The notes under the pieces were generated by a model. It had not been told where the DNA came from and searched no databases. It saw only the letters and a list, made by a program, of their open reading frames with translations. A stretch of 64,000 bases of DNA from a virus: the IMG/VR virus record IMGVR_UViG_3300045988_119437, positions 72,768 to 136,767 of that record; one strand, 5' to 3'. The position numbers and the translations under genes are program-made. Shown here one piece after another: positions 45,084 to 55,015 of the stretch (its first letter is position 1; each line of letters opens with the position of its first letter).

Positions 45084-45423
45084 TTCGATGAATCGAGAAG
45101 ACCGGCGCAGAGAGCAGCGTAAAGCACGAATCCTTGCCAGGCGAATCAAGAAGGCTGGTGGGCCCGATTTTCTTGCTGGAATGCCAGTTGAAGAGTGGGA
45201 ACCAAAGATTGGTGATGAGGTCACTATTAAGGTAAAGAGGATTCAGGGTAAGAAAGATTTCTTTAAGATGAGTCCTCAGTATCAGGACTTTATCAATAGC
45301 CTTGAAGACAGAAAGCCTTACAAAATCACCAGTACCGGTATGAAGGGTCAGGTTTACGGCATTGACGCACATCCTTATTTTCAGATTTGGAAGGGTGATA
45401 TGGAACCCTACAAGGAGCTCTAA
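45076..45423 (+). CDS. hypothetical basic protein
   Basis: ORF. Confidence 0.5.
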   Translation: MSNSMNREDRRREQRKARILARRIKKAGGPDFLAGMPVEEWEPKIGDEVTIKVKRIQGKKDFFKMSPQYQDFINSLEDRKPYKITSTGMKGQVYGIDAHPYFQIWKGDMEPYKEL

Positions 45424-45671
45424 TGAGGATGTACTTCAGAACGGACTATAAAGAGTGGGGCCCGGCAGAAGCCACTTTGCAGAAAGGACACTGGTATAAG
45501 GTTCTTTGTGATGCTGGCGACTTCTACATAATTGACAACAGACCAGAAAGTAACAAGTGCGGTCTGCGGCTAGGAGAAATATCGTTTGTTGATAAAGAAG
45601 ATCTCGAAGATGACATCTATGTCGTGACCGGAAAGAGTGAAGAATTTGAGGAAGGAGGTGGGGCGATATGA
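45423..45671 (+). CDS. hypothetical protein
   Basis: TAATG overlap. Confidence 0.5.
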   Translation: MRMYFRTDYKEWGPAEATLQKGHWYKVLCDAGDFYIIDNRPESNKCGLRLGEISFVDKEDLEDDIYVVTGKSEEFEEGGGAI

Positions 45672-45871
45672 TTGGTATTGACCATCGTGAGCAGGGTCGT
45701 AAGGAACGAGCCCTTGCAGAGTATTATAGAATCTTAGCTCGATATCCCACTGAATGTGGAGATCCGATTACATATCAGTTGTCAGAAGAGCAGCTTAAAC
45801 AGGTTCTCTGTGGAGAGGTTACTGTGGATGAGTTGATTGAAAGAGGTGAGGTAAATGAGAGACAGGATTAA
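45668..45871 (+). CDS. hypothetical protein
   Basis: ATGA overlap. Confidence 0.5.
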   Translation: MIGIDHREQGRKERALAEYYRILARYPTECGDPITYQLSEEQLKQVLCGEVTVDELIERGEVNERQD

Positions 45872-46019
45872 GATGTGGATCGCTTTCATTAAGATTTTTA
45901 AGGATTATCTTATTGCGGTCGGAATCATGATTGCGTTGTGGCTATTATCTTGTCTTATCAAATATTGGATTTCAGTATCAAGCTTCCCAGATTGGTTTAA
46001 GTTTGCACTTCTAAAGTAA
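45855..46019 (+). CDS. small membrane protein (54 aa)
   Basis: Hydrophobic IAVGIMIALWLLSCLI segment; GAGGTGAGG RBS. Confidence 0.35.
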   Translation: MRDRIKMWIAFIKIFKDYLIAVGIMIALWLLSCLIKYWISVSSFPDWFKFALLK

Positions 46020-46030
46020 AGGAGGATTAA

Positions 46031-46255
46031 ATGGTAACCGATATTCTTAATAGAGAAATTCATATTGGCGACACAGTTCTTAGAGCTAGAACTCGAAAAG
46101 GTCGCGGAGTTCTTTGGAGCATTCATAAAGTTGTCTCCATTATGAACGTAATGATTAAAGTTCAAGATGGAAAGTACACTTTAAATGTCGCACCTAAAAA
46201 TTGCATCGTAATTGGTGAGAACGACATTCCTGAAAACTGGCAGGACGAATATTAA
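46031..46255 (+). CDS. hypothetical protein
   Basis: AAGGAGG RBS. Confidence 0.5.
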   Translation: MVTDILNREIHIGDTVLRARTRKGRGVLWSIHKVVSIMNVMIKVQDGKYTLNVAPKNCIVIGENDIPENWQDEY

Positions 46256-46265
46256 GGAGAGTTGA

Positions 46266-46982
46266 ATGACTGTTGATTTGATTGCGTACACACAGCGAGT
46301 TGTTCCTACAAATGATAAGAATCCTTTAGATATTGTAGAGGAAGCTGCGAGTATTTGTTATGATTCTTCAATGACTGACGATTATAAGATTGCTAAGGGA
46401 TGTAAGGCCAGCGGTCATTATTCTGTGCTTGAACACATCAACTTTACGTTCTATGTCAAAGATGTGAGTCGCGCACTTCTGGCACAGATTAGTCGTCATC
46501 GACATATTAGCATGAGCTGCCGCAGCCAGCGTTATTGCAGCGAGGATGGATTCAAGTATGTAAATCCGTTTACCGGTGAAGATGCTGATGTTTTCGATAA
46601 TATGATGTCGGACATTGATACCGATTATCAGATTCTCAAGAAGTATCATAATGCCAAAAACGAAGACGCTCGTGCAGTTCTGCCAAATGCTTGCTGTACA
46701 GAATTCTACATCACGATGAACGCTCGTGCTTTGATTGAGATGAGTCATCTTCGACTTTGTTCTAGGGCTCAAAAAGAAATCCGCGAGATGTTCACAGAAA
46801 TGAAGAAGGAAGTTGCACAGGTTTGTCCTGAAGTAGCAAACTGGATGGTTCCTTCCTGTGAGGCTAATCCGAAGTATCCGTTCTGTCCAGAAGGTCGTGG
46901 CTGCTGTGGCCGTCATCCTCGGTTGGCAGATGTTTATAAGCCTATTGAAAAAAACAAGGAGGTTATTGATGCAAACACTTGA
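46266..46982 (+). CDS. thyX: flavin-dependent thymidylate synthase ThyX
   Basis: ThyX signature ISRHRHISMSCRSQRY (RHRxxS...R). Confidence 0.75.
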   Translation: MTVDLIAYTQRVVPTNDKNPLDIVEEAASICYDSSMTDDYKIAKGCKASGHYSVLEHINFTFYVKDVSRALLAQISRHRHISMSCRSQRYCSEDGFKYVNPFTGEDADVFDNMMSDIDTDYQILKKYHNAKNEDARAVLPNACCTEFYITMNARALIEMSHLRLCSRAQKEIREMFTEMKKEVAQVCPEVANWMVPSCEANPKYPFCPEGRGCCGRHPRLADVYKPIEKNKEVIDANT

Positions 46983-47409
46983 CGAAATCAAGAAGAACGT
47001 CGAGCACCCGTCTTATTACGGCGGTGCAGACAATCCCTATGAGGCAATCAAAGTGCTACGGGAGTGGCAGTTAGACAAGGATGCTTATCTTTGGAATGTT
47101 GGTAAGTATCTGAGCCGGGCAGGTCACAAAGATGGCAATTCTCAGCTTCAAGATTTGACGAAGGCACGTTGGTATTTGGACTATAAAATCCGGCTTTTAG
47201 AGGAACAGCAGAAGGTTGCTGAAAGTGTCGTAGATACGCTCAAGAAAGTCCCTAACGAGGTAACTGATAAGCTGACTACGATGTCGGATTACATTCCTCG
47301 TCATGCAAAGCCCGACTATACGGATGATTTGGTTTTCTGTCCAGAAATCCATGCTCCAAACATCGAAACTGCCGTGGTCCCTGATTGTGCCGATGAGGTC
47401 AAGTTTTAA
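46970..47409 (+). CDS. DUF3310-like phage protein
   Basis: HPSYYGG...EAIKVL...WNVGKYLSRAGHK pattern; ATG after AAGGAGG. Confidence 0.45.
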
Positions 47410-47534
47410 GAGGTTTACATAAATGAGAATGAGATACAACTGGGAAGAACCATTTGCGGCATTTGCCCTGTTTGTTACAATGTTGATTTTTGGCTTTGCC
47501 AAATTTGTTTTAAGATAATCAAGGAGAAAAATAC

Positions 47535-49058
47535 ATGAATATGATGTTTATTGCAATTCCTGTCGTTGTTGTCTTTCTGATCGCCTTTGCATTTACTTGC
47601 TATAAGAAGGCTCCTCCTACTCAGGCAATCGTCGTAACAGGTTTTGGACTGTCTAAGCCGAAAGTTATCTGTGGTCGTGGCGTGTTCGTCCTTCCGGTTA
47701 TTCAGCGAGCTGACCGTCTGAATATGCGATTGCTCAAGATTGATGTCAAGACTCCTGAAACCGGTGTAAAGACTAAAGAGGGTGTTTCTCTGTGGCTGGA
47801 CTCTGTTGTTACTGTTCAGGTTTACTCTGAGAACTCTACTGTAACTGATGATGAGATTAAGAGTGCCGGTTGTGAGGATGCAAAGACTTATATTAGTGCT
47901 CGTCAGCAGGCTGCTATTTCCAACTTCCTTGGCATGAGTGAAGATGGCATTAACGAAAAGATCAACGATGTCCTTCAGGGCAATCTGCGAGAGATTGTTT
48001 CTGAGATGACTGTCAATGATATCCTGACCAATCGTAAACAGATGGCAATTTCCGTTGTTGAGAATGCTCGTCCTGATTTAGCAAAGATGGGTCTGGAAGT
48101 TGTTACTTTCAATGTTCAGGATATTAAGGATGCTATTGATGCTCAGGGTCATAATCATGGTGTCATTGAGGCAATTGGTGTTCAGCAGGAAGAGCTGGTG
48201 AAGAAACAGGCAGAGATTGCTAAGGCCGAAGCCGCTCGTGATATTGCTCGTGCTAAGGCGGATACTGCTCGTGAATCAAATGAAAAGGAAATTGAATCCA
48301 AGACCGCTATTGCACAGCGCAACAATGAGTATCTTCTGACTCAGGCCGCTCTGAAGGCGGAGGCTGATAAGGCAAATGCTGATGCAGAAGCTGCTGGTGA
48401 GATTCAAATGAATCTGCGTGATAAGGAAATTAAGGAAGCTGAAGCTGACGCAGCTATTGCAAAGCAGAAGAAGATGGTTGAGTTGGCCGCTCAGGAAGCA
48501 GAAGTTCGTCAGCAAAAGCTGGATGCGGAGATTCGCAAGCAGGCAGACGCCGACCTGTATAAGCGTCAGAAGGAAGCTGAAGCAAAGAAGTACGAAGCAG
48601 AGCGTTCTGCAGAATCCGCAAAGTTCGCTAAGGAACAGGAGGCAGAAGGCATCCGTATGGTTGGCATGGCGGAAGCTGAGGCCATCAGGCAGAAGGGTCT
48701 TGCTGAAGCAGAAGCTATGCTGAAGAAGGCCGAAGCTTACAAGCAGTACAATGGTGCGGCTATGGGTGAAATGATCATTAAGATTCTTCCTAGCATTGCA
48801 GCTGAGGTTGCAAAGCCGCTGGCGTCCATTGACAAGGTTTCCATCATTGGCAGTAACGCAAATGGTGTTTCTGAGATTTCCGGCAATGTCCCAGCAGTCA
48901 TGGCTCAGACTTTTGAGGCCGTTCGTGAAGCAACTGGCATTGATATGAAGGAAATTGTCCGTGCCAACAGTTACGATGCAAAGGTCACTAAGAATGTGAA
49001 CCTTGTAAGCGATTCGACGATTGTTTCTGAAAAGAACGATGCGCAGGATGCTGAGTAA
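47535..49058 (+). CDS. flotillin-like SPFH/band-7 protein
   Basis: N-terminal TM segment, SPFH domain, long EA-rich coiled coil (EAEAEAIRQKGLAEAEAM). Confidence 0.65.
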   Translation: MNMMFIAIPVVVVFLIAFAFTCYKKAPPTQAIVVTGFGLSKPKVICGRGVFVLPVIQRADRLNMRLLKIDVKTPETGVKTKEGVSLWLDSVVTVQVYSENSTVTDDEIKSAGCEDAKTYISARQQAAISNFLGMSEDGINEKINDVLQGNLREIVSEMTVNDILTNRKQMAISVVENARPDLAKMGLEVVTFNVQDIKDAIDAQGHNHGVIEAIGVQQEELVKKQAEIAKAEAARDIARAKADTARESNEKEIESKTAIAQRNNEYLLTQAALKAEADKANADAEAAGEIQMNLRDKEIKEAEADAAIAKQKKMVELAAQEAEVRQQKLDAEIRKQADADLYKRQKEAEAKKYEAERSAESAKFAKEQEAEGIRMVGMAEAEAIRQKGLAEAEAMLKKAEAYKQYNGAAMGEMIIKILPSIAAEVAKPLASIDKVSIIGSNANGVSEISGNVPAVMAQTFEAVREATGIDMKEIVRANSYDAKVTKNVNLVSDSTIVSEKNDAQDAE

Positions 49059-49069
49059 GAGGTGATTAC

Positions 49070-51271
49070 ATGGAATATGTGATTAAACGCGATGGAACGG
49101 AAGTCCCTTTTGATAAAAGTAAGATTGTGAATGCAGTCGAGAAGGCGATGACCTGTACACCGGGTAGTATCGACGCTCGTGTGTCGAATGCGATTGCTGA
49201 CTATATCGCAGACATGCCGGGCATTCTTTCTGTTGAGCAGATTCAGGATATCGTAGTGGACAGTCTAGCAAATAGCCCGTTTATTGACGTTGCAAATGCA
49301 TATAGTCAGTGGCGGCAGTATCGTCAGGAAATTCGAGATAAAGAGAAAACCAACGCAAGTATTCTTGAAATTCTTGATGCCCAGAACGACGCAATCAATC
49401 AGGAAAACAGTAATAAGAACGCAACCATCAATAGCACGCAACGTGATTACATGGCCGGAGAGGTATCTAAGGAACTAACTGACAGACTTCTACTTCCAAA
49501 GGATATCCGAGATGCACACAAAAGTGGTTTAATTCATGTGCATGATAAAGATTATTTTGTGATGCACTGCCATAATTGCGATCTGGTCAATCTTGAAGAT
49601 ATGCTCCAGAACGGCACCGTCATCTCCGGCACCTATATTGAAAAACCTCACAGCTTTTCCACCGCCTGCAACATTGCCACCCAGATCATTGCACAGGTAG
49701 CTTCGATGCAATTTGGAGGTCAGAGTATTACACTTTCACATCTGGCTCCATTCGTAGATGTTTCCCGCAAGAAGATCACAAGTGAAGTACACCAAGAATT
49801 TTACGAGATGGTTCAGAATAATGAAATCGATAAGATGCCGGAGTCTGAAACTATCAATCGAATTGTAGAAGATCGTTTACATAAAGAAATTGCTCGTGGC
49901 GTGCAGACCATCCAGTATCAGGTTGTCACTTTGATGACGACAAACGGCCAGGCCCCTTTTATCACCGTGTTTATGTACCTCGATGAAGTTCCAGAAGGTC
50001 AAACTCGTGATGATTTGGCTCTAATTGTTGAAGAAGTGTTAAAACAGCGCATTCAGGGTGTAAAGAATGAAGTTGGTGTATGGGTCACTCCGGCCTTCCC
50101 AAAGCTCATTTATGCTCTTGATGAGGATAACATTCATTCTGATTCTAAGTATTATTACCTGACTGAGCTGGCAGCTAAGTGTACTGCCAAGCGAATGGTT
50201 CCTGATTATATTTCCGCAAAGGTTATGAAGGAGCTTAAAGGCGGTGTGTGGCCTAGCATGGGCTGTAGATCCTTCCTTACTCCTGACCGCACCACTGAGA
50301 ACGTAGCTAGTGCCAAGAATTGGGTTAAGGGGCATAAGTATTATGGCCGCTTCAATCAGGGCGTCGTGACCATCAATCTGGTGGACGTGGCTTGCAGTTC
50401 AGAAGGGGACAAGGATAAATTCTGGAAAATCTTCGATGAACGACTCGAATTGTGTCATCGAGCTCTACAGATTCGTCACAAGCGTCTACTCGGCACTTCT
50501 TCTGATATGGCCCCTATCCTGTGGCAGTACGGTGCATTAGCTCGTCTAAAGAAGGGCGAGAAGATCGACAAGTTGCTCTTCGGCGGCTACTCCACCATCA
50601 GCCTGGGTTATGCCGGTCTGTATGAGTGTGTGAAGTATATGACCGGCAAGAGCCACACCGATCCTGATGCTAAACCTTTTGCTCTCGAAATTATGCGGCA
50701 CATGAATGATAAGTGTAACGAGTGGAAGGCCGCTGAAAACATCGATTACTCTCTGTATGGTACTCCTTTGGAGTCCACTACATATGAATTTGCACGTTGC
50801 TTGCAGAAGCGGTTTGGTATGATTCCAGATATTACTGACCATGACTACGTAACAAATTCTTATCATGTCGTTGTCCGTGAACATATCGATGCTTTCACTA
50901 AGCTAAAGTTTGAGAGCGAGTTCCAGAAGCTTTCTCCAGGAGGGGCGATTAGCTATATCGAGGTGCCAAATCTGCAGCAGAACATTCCTGCGGTGCTTAG
51001 TGTTATGCAGTTCATTTACGACAACATCATGTATGCGGAGCTGAACACCAAGTCCGACTACTGCCAGTGCTGCGGCTACGACGGCGAAATTAAAATTGTA
51101 GAAGATGAGAAAAACCACAAGCTTATATGGGAGTGCCCGAATTGTGGTAATCGTGACCAGAACAAAATGAATGTCGTAAGACGTACTTGTGGTTACCTGG
51201 GAACCAATTTTTGGAATCAGGGGCGCACTCAGGAAATTCGAGATCGAGTGGTTCATTTGAGCGACAATTAA
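49070..51271 (+). CDS. nrdD: anaerobic ribonucleoside-triphosphate reductase NrdD (class III)
   Basis: N-terminal ATP-cone, C-terminal zinc ribbon CQCCGY...CPNCGN and glycyl-radical motif RTCGYLG. Confidence 0.85.
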   Translation: MEYVIKRDGTEVPFDKSKIVNAVEKAMTCTPGSIDARVSNAIADYIADMPGILSVEQIQDIVVDSLANSPFIDVANAYSQWRQYRQEIRDKEKTNASILEILDAQNDAINQENSNKNATINSTQRDYMAGEVSKELTDRLLLPKDIRDAHKSGLIHVHDKDYFVMHCHNCDLVNLEDMLQNGTVISGTYIEKPHSFSTACNIATQIIAQVASMQFGGQSITLSHLAPFVDVSRKKITSEVHQEFYEMVQNNEIDKMPESETINRIVEDRLHKEIARGVQTIQYQVVTLMTTNGQAPFITVFMYLDEVPEGQTRDDLALIVEEVLKQRIQGVKNEVGVWVTPAFPKLIYALDEDNIHSDSKYYYLTELAAKCTAKRMVPDYISAKVMKELKGGVWPSMGCRSFLTPDRTTENVASAKNWVKGHKYYGRFNQGVVTINLVDVACSSEGDKDKFWKIFDERLELCHRALQIRHKRLLGTSSDMAPILWQYGALARLKKGEKIDKLLFGGYSTISLGYAGLYECVKYMTGKSHTDPDAKPFALEIMRHMNDKCNEWKAAENIDYSLYGTPLESTTYEFARCLQKRFGMIPDITDHDYVTNSYHVVVREHIDAFTKLKFESEFQKLSPGGAISYIEVPNLQQNIPAVLSVMQFIYDNIMYAELNTKSDYCQCCGYDGEIKIVEDEKNHKLIWECPNCGNRDQNKMNVVRRTCGYLGTNFWNQGRTQEIRDRVVHLSDN

Positions 51272-51375
51272 ATAATGTATAAGCGGTGGGTTGGTGGGGT
51301 TATATAAAATGAAAATTTTAGCGTAAATGTGTTAATAAAATATAACGTGTTATCGTTAGAAATAGAGGTGATAAA

Positions 51376-51594
51376 TTGAACGCATGGAAAAATTTCTTTA
51401 AGGCACTTGGTTTTTTTCTGGGAATCGTTCTGATTCTGGCAGCTACATATTTTACCTCGTGGATTATCACGATTGGTATTATTTGGCTGATTTTTAAGCT
51501 GCTGAATATCACTTTTACCGTTAAAGTGGCGACAGGCATCTGGCTGGCTCTAGTTTTTCTGGAACGATTCATTAAGGGTAGCCGAGGTAAGTAA
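51376..51594 (+). CDS. small membrane protein
   Basis: Two hydrophobic segments; upstream AACGTGTTATCG motif. Confidence 0.45.
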   Translation: MNAWKNFFKALGFFLGIVLILAATYFTSWIITIGIIWLIFKLLNITFTVKVATGIWLALVFLERFIKGSRGK

Positions 51595-51774
51595 ATAAAC
51601 AAGCAGGGTGGGTGTGGTGGCATGAAAACATGGATGTGGAACGTATACGTCAGTTGATTCTCGAAATTATTCGAGTCATACAACAAGCGAACAATATTAG
51701 TCAAAATGAAATGGAAGATATTATTTCTGATGTTGAGTTTGATTTTTATAACGGTCGATAAAGAAAGGAGTCTT

Positions 51775-51951
51775 ATGGATTATTGGTCTGTTGAAGTAAT
51801 GTACTACGATGATGGGAATCAGGCATTCAATACATATATGGTAAAGGCGCAGGATCAGAATGATGCTATAAACAAGGCGCATTATCGCTTTGAAAAGGCT
51901 CATCCTAACATGAGCTGTATGATTCAGAGCATTGAAAAGGCAGGTGGCTGA
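51775..51951 (+). CDS. hypothetical protein
   Basis: ATG after AAAGAAAGGAG; a possible 44-aa ORF at 51636-51763 precedes it. Confidence 0.4.
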   Translation: MDYWSVEVMYYDDGNQAFNTYMVKAQDQNDAINKAHYRFEKAHPNMSCMIQSIEKAGG

Positions 51952-51952
51952 G

Positions 51953-52294
51953 ATGGACTTCAAATGTAAGTGTGGCAGTGAATCCTTCTTTATCCAGAGT
52001 AAAGGTAGCCAGATTGGTCTGTATTGCTCTGCTTGTGGTAAGTGGCAGAAATGGCTCACCAAGAATGAAGTGAAACAGTTTGAGTACGAGACGAATATGT
52101 TGGATTCGAAAGAAAACAATCCTGATGATGATTTTTATAAAAAATTCGCCTTAACTCCATGGGGCTGCCTACACTGTGCTTTTAGAGATTTTGGACTAGA
52201 TCTTCCTGAAATTCCTGGTAAGATGGCTGATGCCATTATGGAAGATTTCTTCGAGACTATGGAAAGGGCTGATATTATTGAGAAGAAGGAGTAA
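51953..52294 (+). CDS. zinc-ribbon protein
   Basis: CKCGS...CSACGK motifs; ATG after GGTGG. Confidence 0.5.
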   Translation: MDFKCKCGSESFFIQSKGSQIGLYCSACGKWQKWLTKNEVKQFEYETNMLDSKENNPDDDFYKKFALTPWGCLHCAFRDFGLDLPEIPGKMADAIMEDFFETMERADIIEKKE

Positions 52295-52296
52295 AG

Positions 52297-52449
52297 ATGA
52301 TTAAGTTCTTGAAACGTCTACTCCGTTGGTTCCTTCCAGAATGCAGTAGATGTGGTGGAATAATGCTTTATGATGATAACCACAGCTTGCACGATAAATG
52401 GCACTTTGTCTGTGATACCTGCGGTCGTGAAAAGTGGGGTAATTTATGA
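52297..52449 (+). CDS. zinc-ribbon small protein (50 aa)
   Basis: CSRCGG...CDTCGR; AAGGAG RBS. Confidence 0.35.
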   Translation: MIKFLKRLLRWFLPECSRCGGIMLYDDNHSLHDKWHFVCDTCGREKWGNL

Positions 52450-52697
52450 GTGTTGAGTCAAAATGTTACTTTAATATTGAGCATCTATTTAACCCATCAT
52501 ACAAGGAAATGCTCATTATCGAAACCGACAATTGGGCGTCTTGCGAGATTGTAAATGAAAACACTTATTATGAAGTGGAGAGTACAATAAGATATAATCG
52601 ATGCAATAATAATCCATATGAAATAAAATATATTGAAGGAAAAAAGATAAATGGAATTCCGTTGAAAAATCTTTGGATGGAAGTTCATTCACGATAA
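52446..52697 (+). CDS. hypothetical protein
   Basis: ATGA overlap. Confidence 0.5.
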   Translation: MSVESKCYFNIEHLFNPSYKEMLIIETDNWASCEIVNENTYYEVESTIRYNRCNNNPYEIKYIEGKKINGIPLKNLWMEVHSR

Positions 52698-52722
52698 AAG
52701 TGCCGTTTTGTGAGGTAAATAT

Positions 52723-53121
52723 ATGAAGAAATGGACAAAAAAGCAGCTTGAGGCTGAAGGATACGAAATTTGGAATGCAGAAATTAAGAATGTGTTTCTT
52801 AGTATGGAAGATCACGCTTGCCTTGTTTCTTATCTGAGTCTTGATGGTCATGGCCCTTGTTGTTGCTATGGTGGCTACGTCCTTGGTAAAGGATATGTAG
52901 GAGCAAAAGACTTTAAAGGTTATGCTTCCGGCATTGAGGCCATCATGCGGATTATGGATACGGTTGGCTGTAGTACGTATGAGGGCAAGAAAGGGAAATA
53001 CGTCCGTGTTGCAACTAAAGGTTGGGGCAGTACAGTAAAGATTATCGGCAATATTCTTGAGGATAAGTGGTTTGATTATGAATCTTTTTTTGATGATAAA
53101 GAGAAAGAGGAGGCTGGCTAA
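52723..53121 (+). CDS. hypothetical protein
   Basis: ORF with GAGG RBS. Confidence 0.55.
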   Translation: MKKWTKKQLEAEGYEIWNAEIKNVFLSMEDHACLVSYLSLDGHGPCCCYGGYVLGKGYVGAKDFKGYASGIEAIMRIMDTVGCSTYEGKKGKYVRVATKGWGSTVKIIGNILEDKWFDYESFFDDKEKEEAG

Positions 53122-53122
53122 T

Positions 53123-53491
53123 ATGGATGCGGATGAGTTCATTATTAACGTAATTGCAAAGAAAAACAACGGAACAATTGAACTCTCTGTTCCTGATGAT
53201 GTATTCAATCAAGCTGAACGTATTCTTTTGAAAAACGAACAAGGCGTATTTTGCAAGACTTTCCAAGCGGAATCCTTTGGCAGTGATTCGTGGATTAGCG
53301 TAAAAGAAGATTTGCCCAAAACTAATCCAAAGACTTGTGAAAGCGAGCCTGTTCTTGTTTATGACCCAGAAATGGGGAAGGCGGTAGTATTTTATCACGA
53401 GAATGGGCACTGGTATGATATTGTTGACCGTAATTGGTGTCGTGTAGAGCCAACTCGTTGGATGTTTTTGCCCGATGATCCACAGGAGTAA
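53123..53491 (+). CDS. hypothetical protein
   Basis: ATG after GAGGAGGCTGGC. Confidence 0.5.
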   Translation: MDADEFIINVIAKKNNGTIELSVPDDVFNQAERILLKNEQGVFCKTFQAESFGSDSWISVKEDLPKTNPKTCESEPVLVYDPEMGKAVVFYHENGHWYDIVDRNWCRVEPTRWMFLPDDPQE

Positions 53492-53496
53492 TTGAC

Positions 53497-53751
53497 ATGG
53501 AAAAGAAATACGTAAAAATTTTTAAATGCCGTGGATGTGATCGCTACATCACTTTTTATGATGTTGATTTATCTGCTGTTGAGGAATGGACTCTTTCCGA
53601 AATGTTTAGAGATGGGCGTAAACCCGCTGAAGTATCTGGTGGATCTAGGCTTTCTGGACAAAATAAATTCTTGCTCCACAGATGTGATCCAGAAAAGCTT
53701 TGTGTTTGTGATTTTATTGGATGGAAAGAAATCGAGGCTGAACATGATTAA
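53497..53751 (+). CDS. hypothetical protein
   Basis: ORF. Confidence 0.5.
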   Translation: MEKKYVKIFKCRGCDRYITFYDVDLSAVEEWTLSEMFRDGRKPAEVSGGSRLSGQNKFLLHRCDPEKLCVCDFIGWKEIEAEHD

Positions 53752-54082
53752 CAATCCTTTTGTAGAGGAAGGCATTATCGCTTGCCAGTATTGTGGCAGC
53801 GGCGAGTATCTTTGTAATGAAGATGGGAATCGAAATAGTTATTGCGGTCAGTGTGGCACTCGAATTGACTGGCCGGAAACTAAGTTGGATGACTGGAATG
53901 TCCCGACGATAAATCTTCCGAAGCCTTATAGCACTGTCATAGCAAAATACGGAGAACGAGAAACTAGAGTGTGGTATTCAAAGCAAGGAAATTGGATGCC
54001 GGACGGTGTGCTTGATTATTTAAAAGTGCCTGATGCATGGCGGTATTTAAAGGAGAATGAACGTGAAGAAAGTGACCATTAA
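53744..54082 (+). CDS. zinc-ribbon protein
   Basis: CQYCGS...CGQCGT; ATG after GGAAAGAAATCGAGG. Confidence 0.5.
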   Translation: MINNPFVEEGIIACQYCGSGEYLCNEDGNRNSYCGQCGTRIDWPETKLDDWNVPTINLPKPYSTVIAKYGERETRVWYSKQGNWMPDGVLDYLKVPDAWRYLKENEREESDH

Positions 54083-54386
54083 ACTTTTAGTTGATGAGAT
54101 CGATAAAGAAAATATTAAGTCCATTGAAGATGATGTTCGTATGGAACTTTCCAATTGTTATCATAGCATCGAGATTTCATCCTATAAGGAAGTTGATTAT
54201 GATCCACGGTGGATTCGAGTAAAAGATAGAGAACCAGTGGTAAATAATAAACTTTGTTCTGATAATGTCTACATCAGATACGGTAATGATGGACCATCAG
54301 AAATTGGTTTTATGGGCTGGAACACTCAATGGTACGATTTAAATTGCGATGTTATCGACAAGCCTGATTATTGGCGATGCATGTGA
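54057..54386 (+). CDS. hypothetical protein
   Basis: ATG after AAGGAG; overlaps upstream gene by 26 nt. Confidence 0.45.
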   Translation: MNVKKVTIKLLVDEIDKENIKSIEDDVRMELSNCYHSIEISSYKEVDYDPRWIRVKDREPVVNNKLCSDNVYIRYGNDGPSEIGFMGWNTQWYDLNCDVIDKPDYWRCM

Positions 54387-54493
54387 CAGGGGATGAAAAC
54401 AATCCTGATTTTAGTTAAATTTAATCAACGTGTTATCGCAATAAGTTTTTGGCGATTTTTAATAGAATCCCGCTTTTATTAGAAAGGAAAAGT

Positions 54494-54802
54494 ATGTTTA
54501 AGACTTTCAAAAATACTGCCGTATGTGTACTTCTAGCAGCGATTATACTGACTGGATGCAGTACAAGTGTGAAAGACTCAGTAGGGAATGTAGCTGTAGA
54601 GAATGGTTGGTTCTATCGTATCGGTGACACTCCTATGGTGTACGACAAGGATACACACATCATGTATTATTTGTTCGGAAAAGGTGCAGGCTACACAGGC
54701 TACGGCTATATGTCTCCTTATTATAATAAGCACGGTCAGATGTGCTACTACGTTGATGGTCAGATTATTCCTATCGAGGAGGTGCTAATCGATGCTGATT
54801 GA
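54494..54802 (+). CDS. putative lipoprotein
   Basis: Signal peptide with lipobox ILTGC; ATG after GAAAGGAAAAGT; upstream AACGTGTTATCG motif. Confidence 0.55.
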   Translation: MFKTFKNTAVCVLLAAIILTGCSTSVKDSVGNVAVENGWFYRIGDTPMVYDKDTHIMYYLFGKGAGYTGYGYMSPYYNKHGQMCYYVDGQIIPIEEVLIDAD

Positions 54803-54998
54803 GATTGTTTGGCTACTTGTTAAATCGTATATCATTTTGATTCTTACAGCCGCAGTTATCCGCTCTGAAGAAATTCTATACGATTTCTTACGTAATACTG
54901 TAATGTACGACATCAAACTTAAATATGTAAAGTGGACTGTCGTTGCACTGAATATTCTTATTATCGTATGTGCGAGTCTATGGACGAGGTTTATTTAA
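54792..54998 (+). CDS. small membrane protein
   Basis: Hydrophobic ORF. Confidence 0.4.
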   Translation: MLIEIVWLLVKSYIILILTAAVIRSEEILYDFLRNTVMYDIKLKYVKWTVVALNILIIVCASLWTRFI

Positions 54999-55015
54999 GA
55001 TGAATTACATGAAAA

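Noticed and set aside
46266-51271. Possible self-splicing intron or intein in thyX or nrdD, as seen in T4-like phages
   Set aside because: Both ORFs are continuous and of normal length (238 and 733 aa) with their signature motifs in one frame.
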